NCBI GenBank assembly: GCA_036679605.1
Contig: JAZDCZ010000218.1
Span: forward strand, 34,318 to 98,317
Direction of reading: 5' to 3'
Length of the DNA stretch: 64,000 bases
DNA from: Gemmatimonadota bacterium
GTDB taxonomy: Bacteria; Gemmatimonadota; Gemmatimonadetes; Gemmatimonadales; GWC2-71-9
The notes under the pieces were generated by a model. That model saw only the letters and a program-made list of their open reading frames with translations, was not told where the DNA came from and ran no database searches. Numbering within the stretch: the stretch's first letter is position 1; every line of letters starts with the position of its first letter. Below are positions 50,263 through 60,660 of the stretch, one piece after another. A program made the position numbers and the translations under genes.

Positions 50263-50777
50263 TACAGTCTCCTCTTGGCCAAAACGACCGCGCCGATAAT
50301 TGCCGCAAGAAGGAGTACGGATGTTATCTCGAACGGGATCAGATAACTTCGAAACAAGGGCTCACTGATCACACTGATCGCCCCATCCGTTTCGGTCAGA
50401 TTCCTGAGTGCTGCAGCTGGAATCCGGATCTCTTCCGATGGCATGATCTTGATAACCGCCCAGAGTTCTGCCGCCAACACCGCCCCAATACCAAGCATCA
50501 ACCCGTGCCCCGCCCAACCGGGAAGATCGGTTGTCGTGTCCTTCCCAAGGTTCAACAACATTATGACAAACAGGAACAACACCATGATCGCGCCGGCGTA
50601 TACCAGAACCTGAATGGCTGCAATAAAGTGCGCATCTAGGATCACGAACATTCCGGCGAGCGAAAACAAAGTGGCAATCAACCACAGGGCACTCGCGACC
50701 GCACTCTTACGCGTAATGCAGAGAAATCCGGCGATGACGGCAACAGCCGAAAACATCCGGAAGGTCAAGACCTCCAT
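50262..50777 (-). CDS. nuoJ: NADH-quinone oxidoreductase subunit J
   Basis: [30 protein letters not shown]. Confidence 0.96.
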   Translation of the reverse strand: MEVLTFRMFSAVAVIAGFLCITRKSAVASALWLIATLFSLAGMFVILDAHFIAAIQVLVYAGAIMVLFLFVIMLLNLGKDTTTDLPGWAGHGLMLGIGAVLAAELWAVIKIMPSEEIRIPAAALRNLTETDGAISVISEPLFRSYLIPFEITSVLLLAAIIGAVVLAKRRL

Positions 50778-50780
50778 AGC

Positions 50781-51287
50781 TTATTCACCCTTCGGGTCAG
50801 ACGGATCCCACAACGACGAAACTTCGTGCGTCTGTGCACACAATCGCTCCAGATCGTACACAAAGCGGTCTCGCTGATACTCTGCATTCTCGTAGTGCAC
50901 TCCGACGTGTATTGCCTCCTCGGGGCAAACCTCCTGACAGTAGCCGCAAAACACGCAGCGGAACTCATCAATTTCGTAGATCAACGGATATCGGTTGCCC
51001 TCCTCGTCCTCTCCGGGCACCAACTTGATGCAGTTGGCGGGGCAAATTTGCGGGCAAAGACCACAGGCAACGCACTTTGCACGGCCCTGCTCATCCGTAA
51101 GCATCCTGTGCGTTCCACGCCAACGTGGCGATAGGGTCCAGTCGTCGGTCTGCTTTACCTCGGGGTACTGCATTGTCACCGTTTTTTTTGCCAGGTGACC
51201 GAGCGTCAGTGCCATACCCTTGAGGCTTGCACGCAGATAGCTCACGTTCCGGTCCGGGCGCTTCACGACTTTGACGCCGATGCTCAC
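50781..51287 (-). CDS. nuoI: NADH-quinone oxidoreductase subunit I
   Basis: CVACGLCPQICP and CVFCGYCQEVCP 4Fe-4S motifs. Confidence 0.97.
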   Translation of the reverse strand: MSIGVKVVKRPDRNVSYLRASLKGMALTLGHLAKKTVTMQYPEVKQTDDWTLSPRWRGTHRMLTDEQGRAKCVACGLCPQICPANCIKLVPGEDEEGNRYPLIYEIDEFRCVFCGYCQEVCPEEAIHVGVHYENAEYQRDRFVYDLERLCAQTHEVSSLWDPSDPKGE

Positions 51288-51291
51288 CGCT

Positions 51292-52500
51292 TCACCTCCG
51301 TTGCCCTAGTCGTTGGCCCTCAATCAATCGATCTCTGTCGCCGAGCCAGAACAACACGTAGGCCGCCGGAAGATTGATGACGAAGAGAATTAGGGCGAAC
51401 ATGGGTCCATCCGGCACTCCGAGTAAGTCAAGCACAAGAACGGATGTTGCGATCAGCATCAAGTATCCCAACGTAGCCGGCAAGAGAGCTTTCCAGCCGA
51501 TCGCCATGAGCTGATCGAATCGGAACCGGGGCAACGTCCACCGGATCCAGATGTAAAGGAAAATGAAGAACAACACTTTTATCGCGAACGCGAATAGCGT
51601 CAAGATAGATTTCAATAAGCTGGGGTCGTGCGAGTCCCACTTTGTAAACGGCACGTCCCATCCACCGAAGAAGAGTGTTGCCATCAGCGCAGACATAGTT
51701 ATGATCGCAGCGTACTCGCCAATAAAGAACATGGAAAACTTCATCGAGGAGTACTCGGTGTGATAACCTGTGACCAACTCCGACTCTGCCTCCGGTAAGT
51801 CGAACGGTAATCGGTTCGTTTCGGCCAGAGCTGAAATCAAGAAAAACACAAAGCCAAGCATTAGGGGGAACACATACCAGAGCGAAGCTTGCTGTCTCTC
51901 GACTACCGCCGTGAGCGTCACGTTGCCTGTCAGCAGCAAAACTGCTATGACACTAAGTCCGAGTGCGATCTCATAACTGATCATTTGAGCGCTCGCTCGG
52001 AGGCCTCCCAGGAAAGCGTATTTGCTATTTGACGACCACCCAGCCAACACGATTCCGTATACACTGACGCTAGAGATCGCCAGGATGAACAGTATGCCTA
52101 TCGAGACGTCGGCAATCATCATTGGCACGAGCCCGTCGTGCACAAATCGCCCGAGTAAGGGTAACGTGAAATCGAAGGTCACCGGCAACGGAGCTGCAAA
52201 CGGGATTACCGCAAAGAGCAGCAGAGACGGTACGAACGAAAGCATCGGAGCCAAGGTGAATAGCGTGCGATTAGCCTGGGCGGGGAATGTCTCCTCTTTC
52301 ATGAAATTCTTCACGCCATCGGCCACCGACTGCAACAGTCCGAACGGCCCCACCCGATTTGGGCCCAGCCGGTCCTGATGAAAAGCACTCTGGCGACGCT
52401 CCATCCAGATCACCATCATCACACCGACATTCAGCACCGTAAACACCGCAAGGATCTTCACGATCCAGATCACGACCAAGCCCTTGACTTCCGGTGTCAC
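51292..52500 (-). CDS. nuoH: NADH-quinone oxidoreductase subunit H
   Basis: GPNRVGPFGLLQ, AQMISYE, ETNRLPFDLPEAESELV, RWTLPRFRFDQLM. Confidence 0.97.
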   Translation of the reverse strand: MTPEVKGLVVIWIVKILAVFTVLNVGVMMVIWMERRQSAFHQDRLGPNRVGPFGLLQSVADGVKNFMKEETFPAQANRTLFTLAPMLSFVPSLLLFAVIPFAAPLPVTFDFTLPLLGRFVHDGLVPMMIADVSIGILFILAISSVSVYGIVLAGWSSNSKYAFLGGLRASAQMISYEIALGLSVIAVLLLTGNVTLTAVVERQQASLWYVFPLMLGFVFFLISALAETNRLPFDLPEAESELVTGYHTEYSSMKFSMFFIGEYAAIITMSALMATLFFGGWDVPFTKWDSHDPSLLKSILTLFAFAIKVLFFIFLYIWIRWTLPRFRFDQLMAIGWKALLPATLGYLMLIATSVLVLDLLGVPDGPMFALILFVINLPAAYVLFWLGDRDRLIEGQRLGQRR

Positions 52501-54092
52501 GACGCCGTTCCCGCGCGCTCTGCCGCGGCCACTGTCTGTCCGCCATAGCCCAATAGATCGTAATTGAGGCCGGCAAAGGCAGGCACCTTGGCGGCAATCA
52601 GGCCAAATGCGCCGGCCGCATCAGTCAACGACTCTCCTCGGTCCAACTCTGTCAGTATCTCACTCAGGACCCACCAACCCGGCCTCGCCATGCCTGGTCC
52701 CGCCTTCGCCTGTGCATATCGCTGAATCCGACGATCGCGGTTTACGAAGGTGCCATCCTCCTCAATAGTGCTGGTCACAGGCAGGACGACGCTGGCCGCA
52801 CGGGCTGCATCGGGCAGCACGGTACCCAGATAAACGACGTGAGCCGCCGCAGCCAACTGCTCACGCTTCACCCCATCGAGGGACTCATCGAGAACCAGAA
52901 CCAGCGCCACGTCTCCCAACGACGCCACCGCCGAATCGAAATCTTCATTGAAGCCGAGAATCTGTGCACCCATGACGTTGGGGGCTCGCTCTCGCCGCAG
53001 GCCGAGGTTCTCAACTCCCGACAGAAGATACTCGTCTTCAGCACACTCAACCCTGTATGAACCGGCAAACGCGAATTTCAAAAGGAGTTCCTTAGCCAGG
53101 AAAAGGACTTCGGTCGAAGTGCGGGGTGACGCCAATACGACGGCCTTTCCGCCAGAGCCACGGATCAAACCAGCTGTCTCGGCAAGAGCGTGAACCCAAT
53201 CGGTCGCTGCCAAGACACCTGCCTGTGAAACCAAAGGTGCCTCGATTCTGTCTCCTCGATTCATCCACCGATACTCGGCCCGGCCGTGATCGCACATGAA
53301 ATATTTGTTGACCGCGAGGTTGACCCTGGGTCGAATTCGCACCACAACATCACTGCGCGTGTCGATATTGACATTGCATCCCTGCGAGCACCCCGTGCAG
53401 ATGCCGGGCGTCTTGTCCAGTTCCCAAGCGCGAGCTTTGTGCAGGAAATCTTTCGAAATCAATGAACCCACTGGACACAAATCAACGACGTTCCCGGCCC
53501 ATGGGTGGTTGAGCTTCTCGCCGGAGTGAATACCGATGAACGCACGATCGCCACGTTCGCTGACGTTGAGCACATCTTCGTCTGCGACATGTTCCATGAA
53601 CCTTACGCAGCGAGTACAGAGAATGCAGCGATTGGGAACGTAAATAATGTCATCACCGAAATCTTCGACAGGATTGAATCGTTTGGCGTACTCCGGTGTG
53701 TATCGAGTTCGAGCCTGTCCCTCCTCAAACACATAGTCCTGAAGCTCACACTCACCTGCCTGGTCGCATATCGGGCAGTCCAAAGGATGATTGATCAGTA
53801 GGAATTCCAATACACCCTGTCGGGCTCTCTTGGCTTCATCCGAGTAGACTCGAACGTTTTGACCTTCCGCAACTGTGGTAGCGCAACCGATCTGGAGCTT
53901 GGGCAGTCCCTCTACTTCGATGAGGCACATGCGGCACACGCCGGCGACCGGAAGACTCGGATGGTAGCAATAGTGCGGAATCACTATTCCCGCCCGCTTT
54001 GCGGCTTCCAGAATGGTCGTGCCCTTCGGTACCGTTACCTCCGCGCCTTCAATCGTCAGAGTAACCATGTCTTGATCTGCCATTATGCTCAA
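52497..54092 (-). CDS. nuoG: NADH-quinone oxidoreductase subunit G (short form; start may be ATG 54083)
   Basis: CYH..GVCRMC, NHPLDCPICDQAGEC, CILCTRC, CTGCSQGC. Confidence 0.93.
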   Translation of the reverse strand: MSIMADQDMVTLTIEGAEVTVPKGTTILEAAKRAGIVIPHYCYHPSLPVAGVCRMCLIEVEGLPKLQIGCATTVAEGQNVRVYSDEAKRARQGVLEFLLINHPLDCPICDQAGECELQDYVFEEGQARTRYTPEYAKRFNPVEDFGDDIIYVPNRCILCTRCVRFMEHVADEDVLNVSERGDRAFIGIHSGEKLNHPWAGNVVDLCPVGSLISKDFLHKARAWELDKTPGICTGCSQGCNVNIDTRSDVVVRIRPRVNLAVNKYFMCDHGRAEYRWMNRGDRIEAPLVSQAGVLAATDWVHALAETAGLIRGSGGKAVVLASPRTSTEVLFLAKELLLKFAFAGSYRVECAEDEYLLSGVENLGLRRERAPNVMGAQILGFNEDFDSAVASLGDVALVLVLDESLDGVKREQLAAAAHVVYLGTVLPDAARAASVVLPVTSTIEEDGTFVNRDRRIQRYAQAKAGPGMARPGWWVLSEILTELDRGESLTDAAGAFGLIAAKVPAFAGLNYDLLGYGGQTVAAAERAGTAS

Positions 54093-55396
54093 ACCGCCGC
54101 AGCAACTGGGTGGTGCGAGGGCTTTATGTAAGCCTCGAACTCAGACCGGAATTTCTTGATGCCACTCACTACCGGCGTCGCGCATGAATCACTCAGCACG
54201 CAGATCGTCTTGCCTGTCATTTGCTCTGCCAAATCCAACAGGAGATCCAGATCCTTGGTTCTACCCTCTCCCGACAAAATCCTCTGGAGAATTCTCGTCG
54301 TCCAGGCGGTGCCCTCGCGGCACTGTGTGCACTGGGCGCAAGACTCGTGGGCGTAGAACCGAGCCAGCCGCATAATTTGATAAACCATGTCCGCCGTCTC
54401 GTCGAACACGATTACACCTCCGGAACCGAGCATCGTCCCGGCCTCTTGGCAGCCCTCATAATCCAGAAGGCAGCTCTGCGTTTCTTCGAGGTTAAGGATC
54501 GGCACCGAAGATCCACCCGGGATACACGCCTTTAACTTCCGGCCCTCGAGCACTCCGCCGCAGAGATCGTGGATCAGATCACCCAAAGGGAATCCCATTT
54601 CCAACTCATAGTTGCCCGGCTTTGCGACGTGGCCACAGACACTGAACAGCTTTGTGCCCCTACTCTTCGGATTAGACAACCCGAGTCCCTTGTACCAGGC
54701 TGCACCTTTGTTGATGATGTGGGGCACAACGGCCAGAGTCTCGACGTTGTTGATCGTAGTTGGTCGTCCAAAAACCCCGGCAGCAGCAGGAAACGGCGGC
54801 TTTATTCTTGGGTTTCCGCGCGCACCCTCAATCGAGTTCATGAGGGCGGTTTCTTCACCGCAGATATAGGCGCCAGCCCCGCGGTGGATATACATGTCGA
54901 TACGCTTGCCGGTCCCCATCGCGTCCGAACCTAGCACGCCGCGCTCATACGCCTCAGACAGCGCCCGCTCCATTATGCTCAGCGGCTCAGTAAACTCGCC
55001 ACGGATGTAGATGTATGTGATCTCGGCTTGAATCGCATGCTGCGCGATTGCACACCCCTCAATCAGGGCATGAGGAGTCCAGCGCATGATCTCACGATCC
55101 TTGAACGTACCCGGCTCGGATTCATCGGCGTTGCAGCAGAGGTAATGCGGCCCTTTCTTTTCCCGTGGCATGAACGACCATTTGACACCCGTGGGAAACC
55201 CGGCGCCACCTCGACCACGTAGCCCTGACTCCTTTACCTCTTCTGCAACGTCTGGCGGGTCCATCTGCAAGACTTTTTCGAGCGCATTATACCCGCCATT
55301 CGCAACCCACCCGTCATACGTGCGAGTCTCGTCGTTACCAAAATGTTGGCTCAGTACCAAGGTCTCTCTCGGATGCGGATCGTGAGGATAACCCAC
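54089..55396 (-). CDS. nuoF: NADH-quinone oxidoreductase subunit F
   Basis: GLRGRGGAGF, NADESEPGTFKDR, GAGAYICGEETAL, ESCAQCTQCREG. Confidence 0.98.
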   Translation of the reverse strand: MGYPHDPHPRETLVLSQHFGNDETRTYDGWVANGGYNALEKVLQMDPPDVAEEVKESGLRGRGGAGFPTGVKWSFMPREKKGPHYLCCNADESEPGTFKDREIMRWTPHALIEGCAIAQHAIQAEITYIYIRGEFTEPLSIMERALSEAYERGVLGSDAMGTGKRIDMYIHRGAGAYICGEETALMNSIEGARGNPRIKPPFPAAAGVFGRPTTINNVETLAVVPHIINKGAAWYKGLGLSNPKSRGTKLFSVCGHVAKPGNYELEMGFPLGDLIHDLCGGVLEGRKLKACIPGGSSVPILNLEETQSCLLDYEGCQEAGTMLGSGGVIVFDETADMVYQIMRLARFYAHESCAQCTQCREGTAWTTRILQRILSGEGRTKDLDLLLDLAEQMTGKTICVLSDSCATPVVSGIKKFRSEFEAYIKPSHHPVAAAV

Positions 55397-55487
55397 TAGC
55401 TATTCCTCCGTCCGTTCTCGTGACCGCGGGTACACGTACCGCAAAAATGGTCAGGACTCATGTCAACAAGACAATCATTGGCTTTGC

Positions 55488-55985
55488 TCACGGGTAGTTA
55501 GCCAGAACGCTTGCAACCGACTCTGGCGTCACGCTCTCAATGAAATCGTCGTCAATCATAATTGGCGTAGCGAAGCCGCATGCCCCCAAACACTCGACTT
55601 CCACAACTGTGAACCTGCCGTCAGTTGAGGTGGCACCCAGCTCACCACACCCTGTATGTTCGAGCATCGCCGCAACAACGTTCTCGGCCCCGCACAGATT
55701 GCATGGTGTCGTCGTACAGATCTGGACAAAATGCCTGCCCACCGGATGCTGGTGGTACATCGTATAGAACGTCACCACACCCTTTATGTACGCCGGCGTG
55801 AGATCGAGCACCTGGGCTACCTCGGACATGGCGTCGTCAGAAATCCATCCACGGGCATTCTGCACGATCCAGAGGGCCGGCAGCAGCGCCGCCCTCTTGG
55901 TAGGGTAGTGCGTCAAGACATCGTCCAGTCCACACCGGCCATCACCGGTGAACACTGGCTTGTAAAGCTCGTGTCCCACAGTCAC
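55488..55985 (-). CDS. nuoE: NADH-quinone oxidoreductase subunit E
   Basis: VVTFYTMY, CTTTPC, ECLGAC 2Fe-2S ligands. Confidence 0.96.
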   Translation of the reverse strand: MTVGHELYKPVFTGDGRCGLDDVLTHYPTKRAALLPALWIVQNARGWISDDAMSEVAQVLDLTPAYIKGVVTFYTMYHQHPVGRHFVQICTTTPCNLCGAENVVAAMLEHTGCGELGATSTDGRFTVVEVECLGACGFATPIMIDDDFIESVTPESVASVLANYP

Positions 55986-57256
55986 CGGTCGATTTCTCCC
56001 ATTACAATGTCTACACTGGCGTTCACCGCTATTAGATCGGACAGTAAGTGGCCCTCACCCATCTTCGGCAACGCCGCGAGATTGAGAAAAGATGGTGGCC
56101 GAATGCGCCACCGAACCGGCTTGGCCGTTCCATCCGAAACGAAGTATGTACCGAGTTCACCCTTTCCGTTCTCGATGGGCAAGTAAACCTCGCCCACCGG
56201 CGCCGGCACACCTTCCATCACTTGCTTGAAATGGAAGATCATCGACTCCATATCGTTCATGGCAGCGCTCTTTGGAGGTAGGATCACCCTTGGGTCGTCC
56301 ACGTTGAGCGGGCCGTCCGGCAAGCGATCTAGCGCCTGCTCGAGAATGCGGGTGGACTGCCGCATCTCCTCCATTCTGATCAAATACCTATCGTATACAT
56401 CGCCATTCTCGCCTATCGGGACATCGAAGTCGTACGTCTCGTAGTCAAGATAGGGACGGTCCTTTCGGACATCGTACGCTACCCCACTCGCCCGAAGCAT
56501 CGGACCCGAGAGGGAATAGTTAATGGCCTCATCCTTCGCCATGACACCGATACCCTGCATCCGGCCGCACCAAATAGCGTTTCGTGTCAGCAGTTTGTCG
56601 ACTTCGTCAATCACGATTGGGAAGTGTCTGCAGAACTCCCGAAGTCGATCTTCGAATCTATCGGGGATATCGGCCATCATCCCGCCTACTCTCGTTATGC
56701 TCGTCGTGAGGCGCGCGCCCGTCCAAGCCTCCTGTAGGTCGTAGATCAATTCCCGTTGCTGAAACGTCCAAAGAAAAGGTGTGAAGGCACCGAGGTCGAT
56801 CGCCGTTGTACCCAGCCATACTAAGTGAGAGATGATACGGCTCATCTCACATGCGATCACGCGCAACACCTTGCAGCGTTCAGTAATTTCGATTCCCATC
56901 AACTTTTCCGCCCCAAGTGCGAGGCAGACGTTGTTCGCCATTGGCGCCAGATAGTCCGTGCGGTCTGTAAGCGGTATGATCTGGTTGTAATGCCGGTATT
57001 CGCCGAGTTTCTCGAACCCTGAATGCAAGTAGCCGATGTGCGGCACAATGCGCTGGACCACTTCCCCATCCAATTCGATGACCAAACGCAGCACCCCGTG
57101 AGTCGCCGGATGCTGCGGGCCGAGGTTGAGCAGCAAGTGTTCAGAATCGAGGTCGTCGCCTAACGCGTCAACACCCAATGGAATTGGTATCGGCCGGCCG
57201 GTTTGGTCGAGTCCTGGCGTGCTGAGATTTACCTCCAGGGTACGCTTCTCACCCAT
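55982..57256 (-). CDS. nuoD: NADH-quinone oxidoreductase subunit D (start 57256 or 57268)
   Basis: NLGPQHPATHGVLRL, GYLHSGFEK, ENGKGELG, DIVMGEIDR. Confidence 0.97.
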   Translation of the reverse strand: MGEKRTLEVNLSTPGLDQTGRPIPIPLGVDALGDDLDSEHLLLNLGPQHPATHGVLRLVIELDGEVVQRIVPHIGYLHSGFEKLGEYRHYNQIIPLTDRTDYLAPMANNVCLALGAEKLMGIEITERCKVLRVIACEMSRIISHLVWLGTTAIDLGAFTPFLWTFQQRELIYDLQEAWTGARLTTSITRVGGMMADIPDRFEDRLREFCRHFPIVIDEVDKLLTRNAIWCGRMQGIGVMAKDEAINYSLSGPMLRASGVAYDVRKDRPYLDYETYDFDVPIGENGDVYDRYLIRMEEMRQSTRILEQALDRLPDGPLNVDDPRVILPPKSAAMNDMESMIFHFKQVMEGVPAPVGEVYLPIENGKGELGTYFVSDGTAKPVRWRIRPPSFLNLAALPKMGEGHLLSDLIAVNASVDIVMGEIDR

Positions 57257-57884
57257 CGCTTCGTCCACTCCCAGGATCGGGAATCACACCGCGCTCGCCT
57301 CGAGCCAAGCGTTCGCGCATTCCCTCCGGCAGATCGCCATACGCCTCCGCAATGGAAAGTTCTTCCATCGAGTAGTGCGCTTCCGGATTTGCGTTTAGCG
57401 CTTGGCGAACCTGTTCGGCTCGGGAAAACCGTCCGCGTAGAGGAAAATCCTTCCTCAGTGGATGGCCTTCGGCATACGTCTCCCACATCAAGATTCTTCT
57501 GAGGTCCGGATGGCCTAGGAATGTTATTCCAAACATGTCGTAGACTTCCCGCTCCAACCAATTGGCACCTTGCCACAACTCTACAACCGACCCCACTTCC
57601 AGCGGCTGATCTTTGGGCAGGAGGACTTTGACACACAAGGGGACCTTGCGCTCCAGGGAAAACAGCTGGTAAACAACTTCGATGGGCCGCTCTGGATCGC
57701 GATACTCAACGGCAGTCAAGTCGGTTAGATAATTGTAGTGTTGGCCCGGAGTTTCCTTAAGCCATTGCAAGATCTCGCAGACCCTGTCCCGGTCGACATT
57801 CACCATCGTGTCGCCGCACGTTACGGTGCCTTGGCCGATGGAGTCTCCGAATTCGGCTCTTAGGGCGCCGATGGACGGATTCAC
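57249..57884 (-). CDS. nuoC: NADH-quinone oxidoreductase subunit C
   Basis: ANWLEREVYDMFGI.F.GHPDLRRIL, GHPLRKDFPL. Confidence 0.97.
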   Translation of the reverse strand: MNPSIGALRAEFGDSIGQGTVTCGDTMVNVDRDRVCEILQWLKETPGQHYNYLTDLTAVEYRDPERPIEVVYQLFSLERKVPLCVKVLLPKDQPLEVGSVVELWQGANWLEREVYDMFGITFLGHPDLRRILMWETYAEGHPLRKDFPLRGRFSRAEQVRQALNANPEAHYSMEELSIAEAYGDLPEGMRERLARGERGVIPDPGSGRSDG

Positions 57885-57892
57885 TCGATGTG

Positions 57893-58522
57893 CTAAGCTG
57901 ACCGTGTCTGATGCACGGAATTACCGAAGGGCTCGGAGAGTTCGTCTACCACCTCCACCGGAAGTCGCATCCCACCTCTCTCCAACACGTGCTCCTCACG
58001 AATCTCCCTATCTACGATTGTTTCGCCCCGGACCTTTTTCTGCAGCATCATGATTCCGTATATCAGGCCTTCCGGCCGGGGAGGACACCCCGGTACGTAG
58101 ACGTCTACCGGCACTACGGTGTCTATTCCCTGAACCATGGCATAGGTATCGAAAATGCCTCCGGTTGAGGCACAGGCGCCCATGGAGATTACCCACTTTG
58201 GCTGTGGCATTTGATCGTAGATCCGCCTGATAATCGGTGCCAGTTTGAAGGGAAGCCGTCCGGCACATATCAACACATCGGCCTGGCGCGGTGAGAAACT
58301 CATTCTCTCCATACCGAACCGGGCCAGATCGAACCTTGAGGCAGCGGTCGCCATGAATTCAATAGCACAACATGCGGTACCGAACGGCATTGGCCACAGA
58401 CTGTTTGACCTTCCCCAGTTGACCAGAAAATCCAACCGACTCGTCACCCAGTTGGGCGAGACCTGAGAAACCACCTTCCCGCTTTGCCCTTTTTTTTGGG
58501 TTTCGGCTTGGCTCAGTCCCAT
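57893..58522 (-). CDS. nuoB: NADH-quinone oxidoreductase subunit B
   Basis: [35 protein letters not shown]. Confidence 0.98.
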   Translation of the reverse strand: MGLSQAETQKKGQSGKVVSQVSPNWVTSRLDFLVNWGRSNSLWPMPFGTACCAIEFMATAASRFDLARFGMERMSFSPRQADVLICAGRLPFKLAPIIRRIYDQMPQPKWVISMGACASTGGIFDTYAMVQGIDTVVPVDVYVPGCPPRPEGLIYGIMMLQKKVRGETIVDREIREEHVLERGGMRLPVEVVDELSEPFGNSVHQTRSA

Positions 58523-58869
58523 TCGAACGCACCTCGCTTCCAGAGGTAGATATAGCCCACCAGCAAGATCAGAACGAACACTACCATTTCAACGAGCCCG
58601 AGAATACCCAGTTGCCTATAGGCAACTCCCCACGGAATCATGAAAACCGTCTCGATATCGAAAACGATGAACAGCATAGCCACGAGATAGAACTTGATGC
58701 TGAATCGGTCGCGGGTACCTCCCAAAGGGGTGATCCCCGATTCGTACGGCATGCTCTTGACGGAGGTAGGCCGCTGCGGGGAGACGAGATGGGAGAAAAC
58801 AAGCATGCCAACGGCGTTGGCTGCTACAAAACCCATTAAGAGAAGTAAGGGAGTATACTCTAGCAACAT
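58513..58869 (-). CDS. nuoA: NADH-quinone oxidoreductase subunit A
   Basis: [20 protein letters not shown]. Confidence 0.97.
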   Translation of the reverse strand: MLLEYTPLLLLMGFVAANAVGMLVFSHLVSPQRPTSVKSMPYESGITPLGGTRDRFSIKFYLVAMLFIVFDIETVFMIPWGVAYRQLGILGLVEMVVFVLILLVGYIYLWKRGAFEWD

Positions 58870-58884
58870 GCTGTCTAGATGAGT

Positions 58885-58902
58885 TCGTGAAAGATTTCAC
58901 GT
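58885..58902. promoter_or_regulatory. Rex-like operator palindrome in nuoA leader
   Basis: TCGTGAAAGATTTCACGT matches the Rex core GTGAA-N4-TTCAC. Confidence 0.65.
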
Positions 58903-58916
58903 ATCAGTGAGGCAGG

Positions 58917-58945
58917 AAGGTACTCAGGCTCTGGTAGGGGGTCAA
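58917..58945 (-). promoter_or_regulatory. Sigma70-type promoter of nuo operon
   Basis: TTGACC-17 bp-TACCTT on minus strand. Confidence 0.6.
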
Positions 58946-59052
58946 GCAAGTCCAAGTGGCGCAACGGCTAAGCCTTGATATCTTTCGGTCGATCCTGATG
59001 GCCCGTGGGGTGTGGGCGATCCACAAACTCAGCAGTCTTCCGGGAATGCCCA

Positions 59053-59613
59053 ATGTCGATCAAGTCAGACCGCTGGATACGAAAAATGGCTGTCGAGCAC
59101 AAGATGATAGACCCGTTTGTGCAAAACCAGATACGCTCGGGTGCAATAAGCTACGGTGTGTCGTCTTACGGGTATGATATGCGCGTGGCAAGTGAGTACC
59201 GCATCTTCACGAATGTCCATTCCACGGTCGTAGACCCCAAGCAGTTTGACTCCAAATCGCTCGTCGAATTCGAGGGAGATGAGTGCCTCATACCTCCCAA
59301 CTCGTTTGCATTGGCAAGATCGATAGAATACTTTCGCATTCCTCGTAACGTGCTCACTCTCTGCGTTGGGAAGAGCACCTATGCGCGCTGCGGGATCATA
59401 ACCAACGTCACGCCTTTTGAACCCGAATGGGAGGGCTTCGTCACGCTAGAGATCTCGAATACCACCCCCTTGCCGGCCAAGATCTATTCCAACGAAGGGA
59501 TCGCTCAAGTGTTATTCTTTGAGGCTGCCGAGGATGATGGCTGCGAAATTTCCTACGCCGACAAGGCTGGCAAGTATCAGGCTCAGCAAGGCGTAACCTT
59601 GCCAAAACTGTAG
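59053..59613 (+). CDS. dcd: dCTP deaminase
   Basis: [47 protein letters not shown]. Confidence 0.97.
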   Translation: MSIKSDRWIRKMAVEHKMIDPFVQNQIRSGAISYGVSSYGYDMRVASEYRIFTNVHSTVVDPKQFDSKSLVEFEGDECLIPPNSFALARSIEYFRIPRNVLTLCVGKSTYARCGIITNVTPFEPEWEGFVTLEISNTTPLPAKIYSNEGIAQVLFFEAAEDDGCEISYADKAGKYQAQQGVTLPKL

Positions 59614-59625
59614 ATCCGGTACGAT

Positions 59626-60609
59626 ATGGCGCTCGTTCGCTGTCCTACTCACAAGATTCCTTATAACGACGAGAATCCTCGGGGTTGTCCGGCCTGCCAC
59701 CGTGAAACGGGCCGCTCCGGCAGACCATCGGTCATGCAAGGACTTGCGATGGCACAGCACACCGCCAAGACCAAAGAACATGAAGCGCGACCGCCCGCGT
59801 CTCTCCCGCCACAACGGCAAGCGTCTAGCCCGCCACAGCGGAAAGCGCCTCGCAATCCGTTCGCTCGGCCGCTTCCCGTTACCGCACCCCCTCGATCGCC
59901 GGACATAGCAGAACGTCCGGCCCAGAAAGTGTGGCGCCTGGCCGGTCAGCGAAGACTCCTTGCGGTCGGTGGCACATCAATTGTTGTGATGATAGCTGTG
60001 CTCATTATTACGTCGGGACCGCGCTTCGTGGCCGGTCAGTTCCCGGTGCGTCTCAATGCCCCACCCCGTCCCTTACCGATCAACCCCAACACACCAATCA
60101 CTTTCGCGTTTGGAGCGCTGGGGAGCCGGGCACCGACAAGTAACCCCGACTCTCCGCGACTCATGAGGTACACCTACGGTTCCAATCTCGCCGTCGACGC
60201 GGTGAACTCAATCATCTATGCCCTCACGATACGCATTCCGAATCGCAGTTGGGGGGGACTCAGCGTCGGCATGCCAGAACGCAACGCGATTGGGGCTTTG
60301 GCCAGGTTGGGCGCACCCCAGAATGACGAAACTTCCCCTGCTCAACCCGAGGTTATTGGAAATTATCGGGTTTATCGATCGCTAGAGGGGCGACCCCGAC
60401 GCGTGATACGAGCGGAAATCCGACCTCCCAACGGGTGCTATGACGTTCAGCTCGATGTCCAACCTCGGGCCATAGGCCTCCTGCTCGAAGGCGATCGACG
60501 GTGGGCCGTGGTAGCCCGAGGAAGCGCGCCGCTCGATTGGGTGCTAACGCAGATTCGCGTAGTGAGCCGGTCGATGAGGGGCCCATACGCGACTGGAACT
60601 GCATGTTGA
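59626..60609 (+). CDS. Hypothetical bitopic membrane protein with N-terminal Cys/His cluster
   Basis: CPTH...CPACH, Pro-rich linker, one TM helix, C-terminal soluble domain; follows dcd. Confidence 0.6.
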   Translation: MALVRCPTHKIPYNDENPRGCPACHRETGRSGRPSVMQGLAMAQHTAKTKEHEARPPASLPPQRQASSPPQRKAPRNPFARPLPVTAPPRSPDIAERPAQKVWRLAGQRRLLAVGGTSIVVMIAVLIITSGPRFVAGQFPVRLNAPPRPLPINPNTPITFAFGALGSRAPTSNPDSPRLMRYTYGSNLAVDAVNSIIYALTIRIPNRSWGGLSVGMPERNAIGALARLGAPQNDETSPAQPEVIGNYRVYRSLEGRPRRVIRAEIRPPNGCYDVQLDVQPRAIGLLLEGDRRWAVVARGSAPLDWVLTQIRVVSRSMRGPYATGTAC

Positions 60610-60660
60610 AGCCTAAAGCATGGAACCGCTGTTGCTGACAACGAAAAGGAGCTAGCCGCC

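Noticed and set aside
59686..59700. CPACH as a c-type heme site
   Set aside because: Lies N-terminal to the TM helix with no signal peptide, so it is probably cytoplasmic; zinc binding is more plausible
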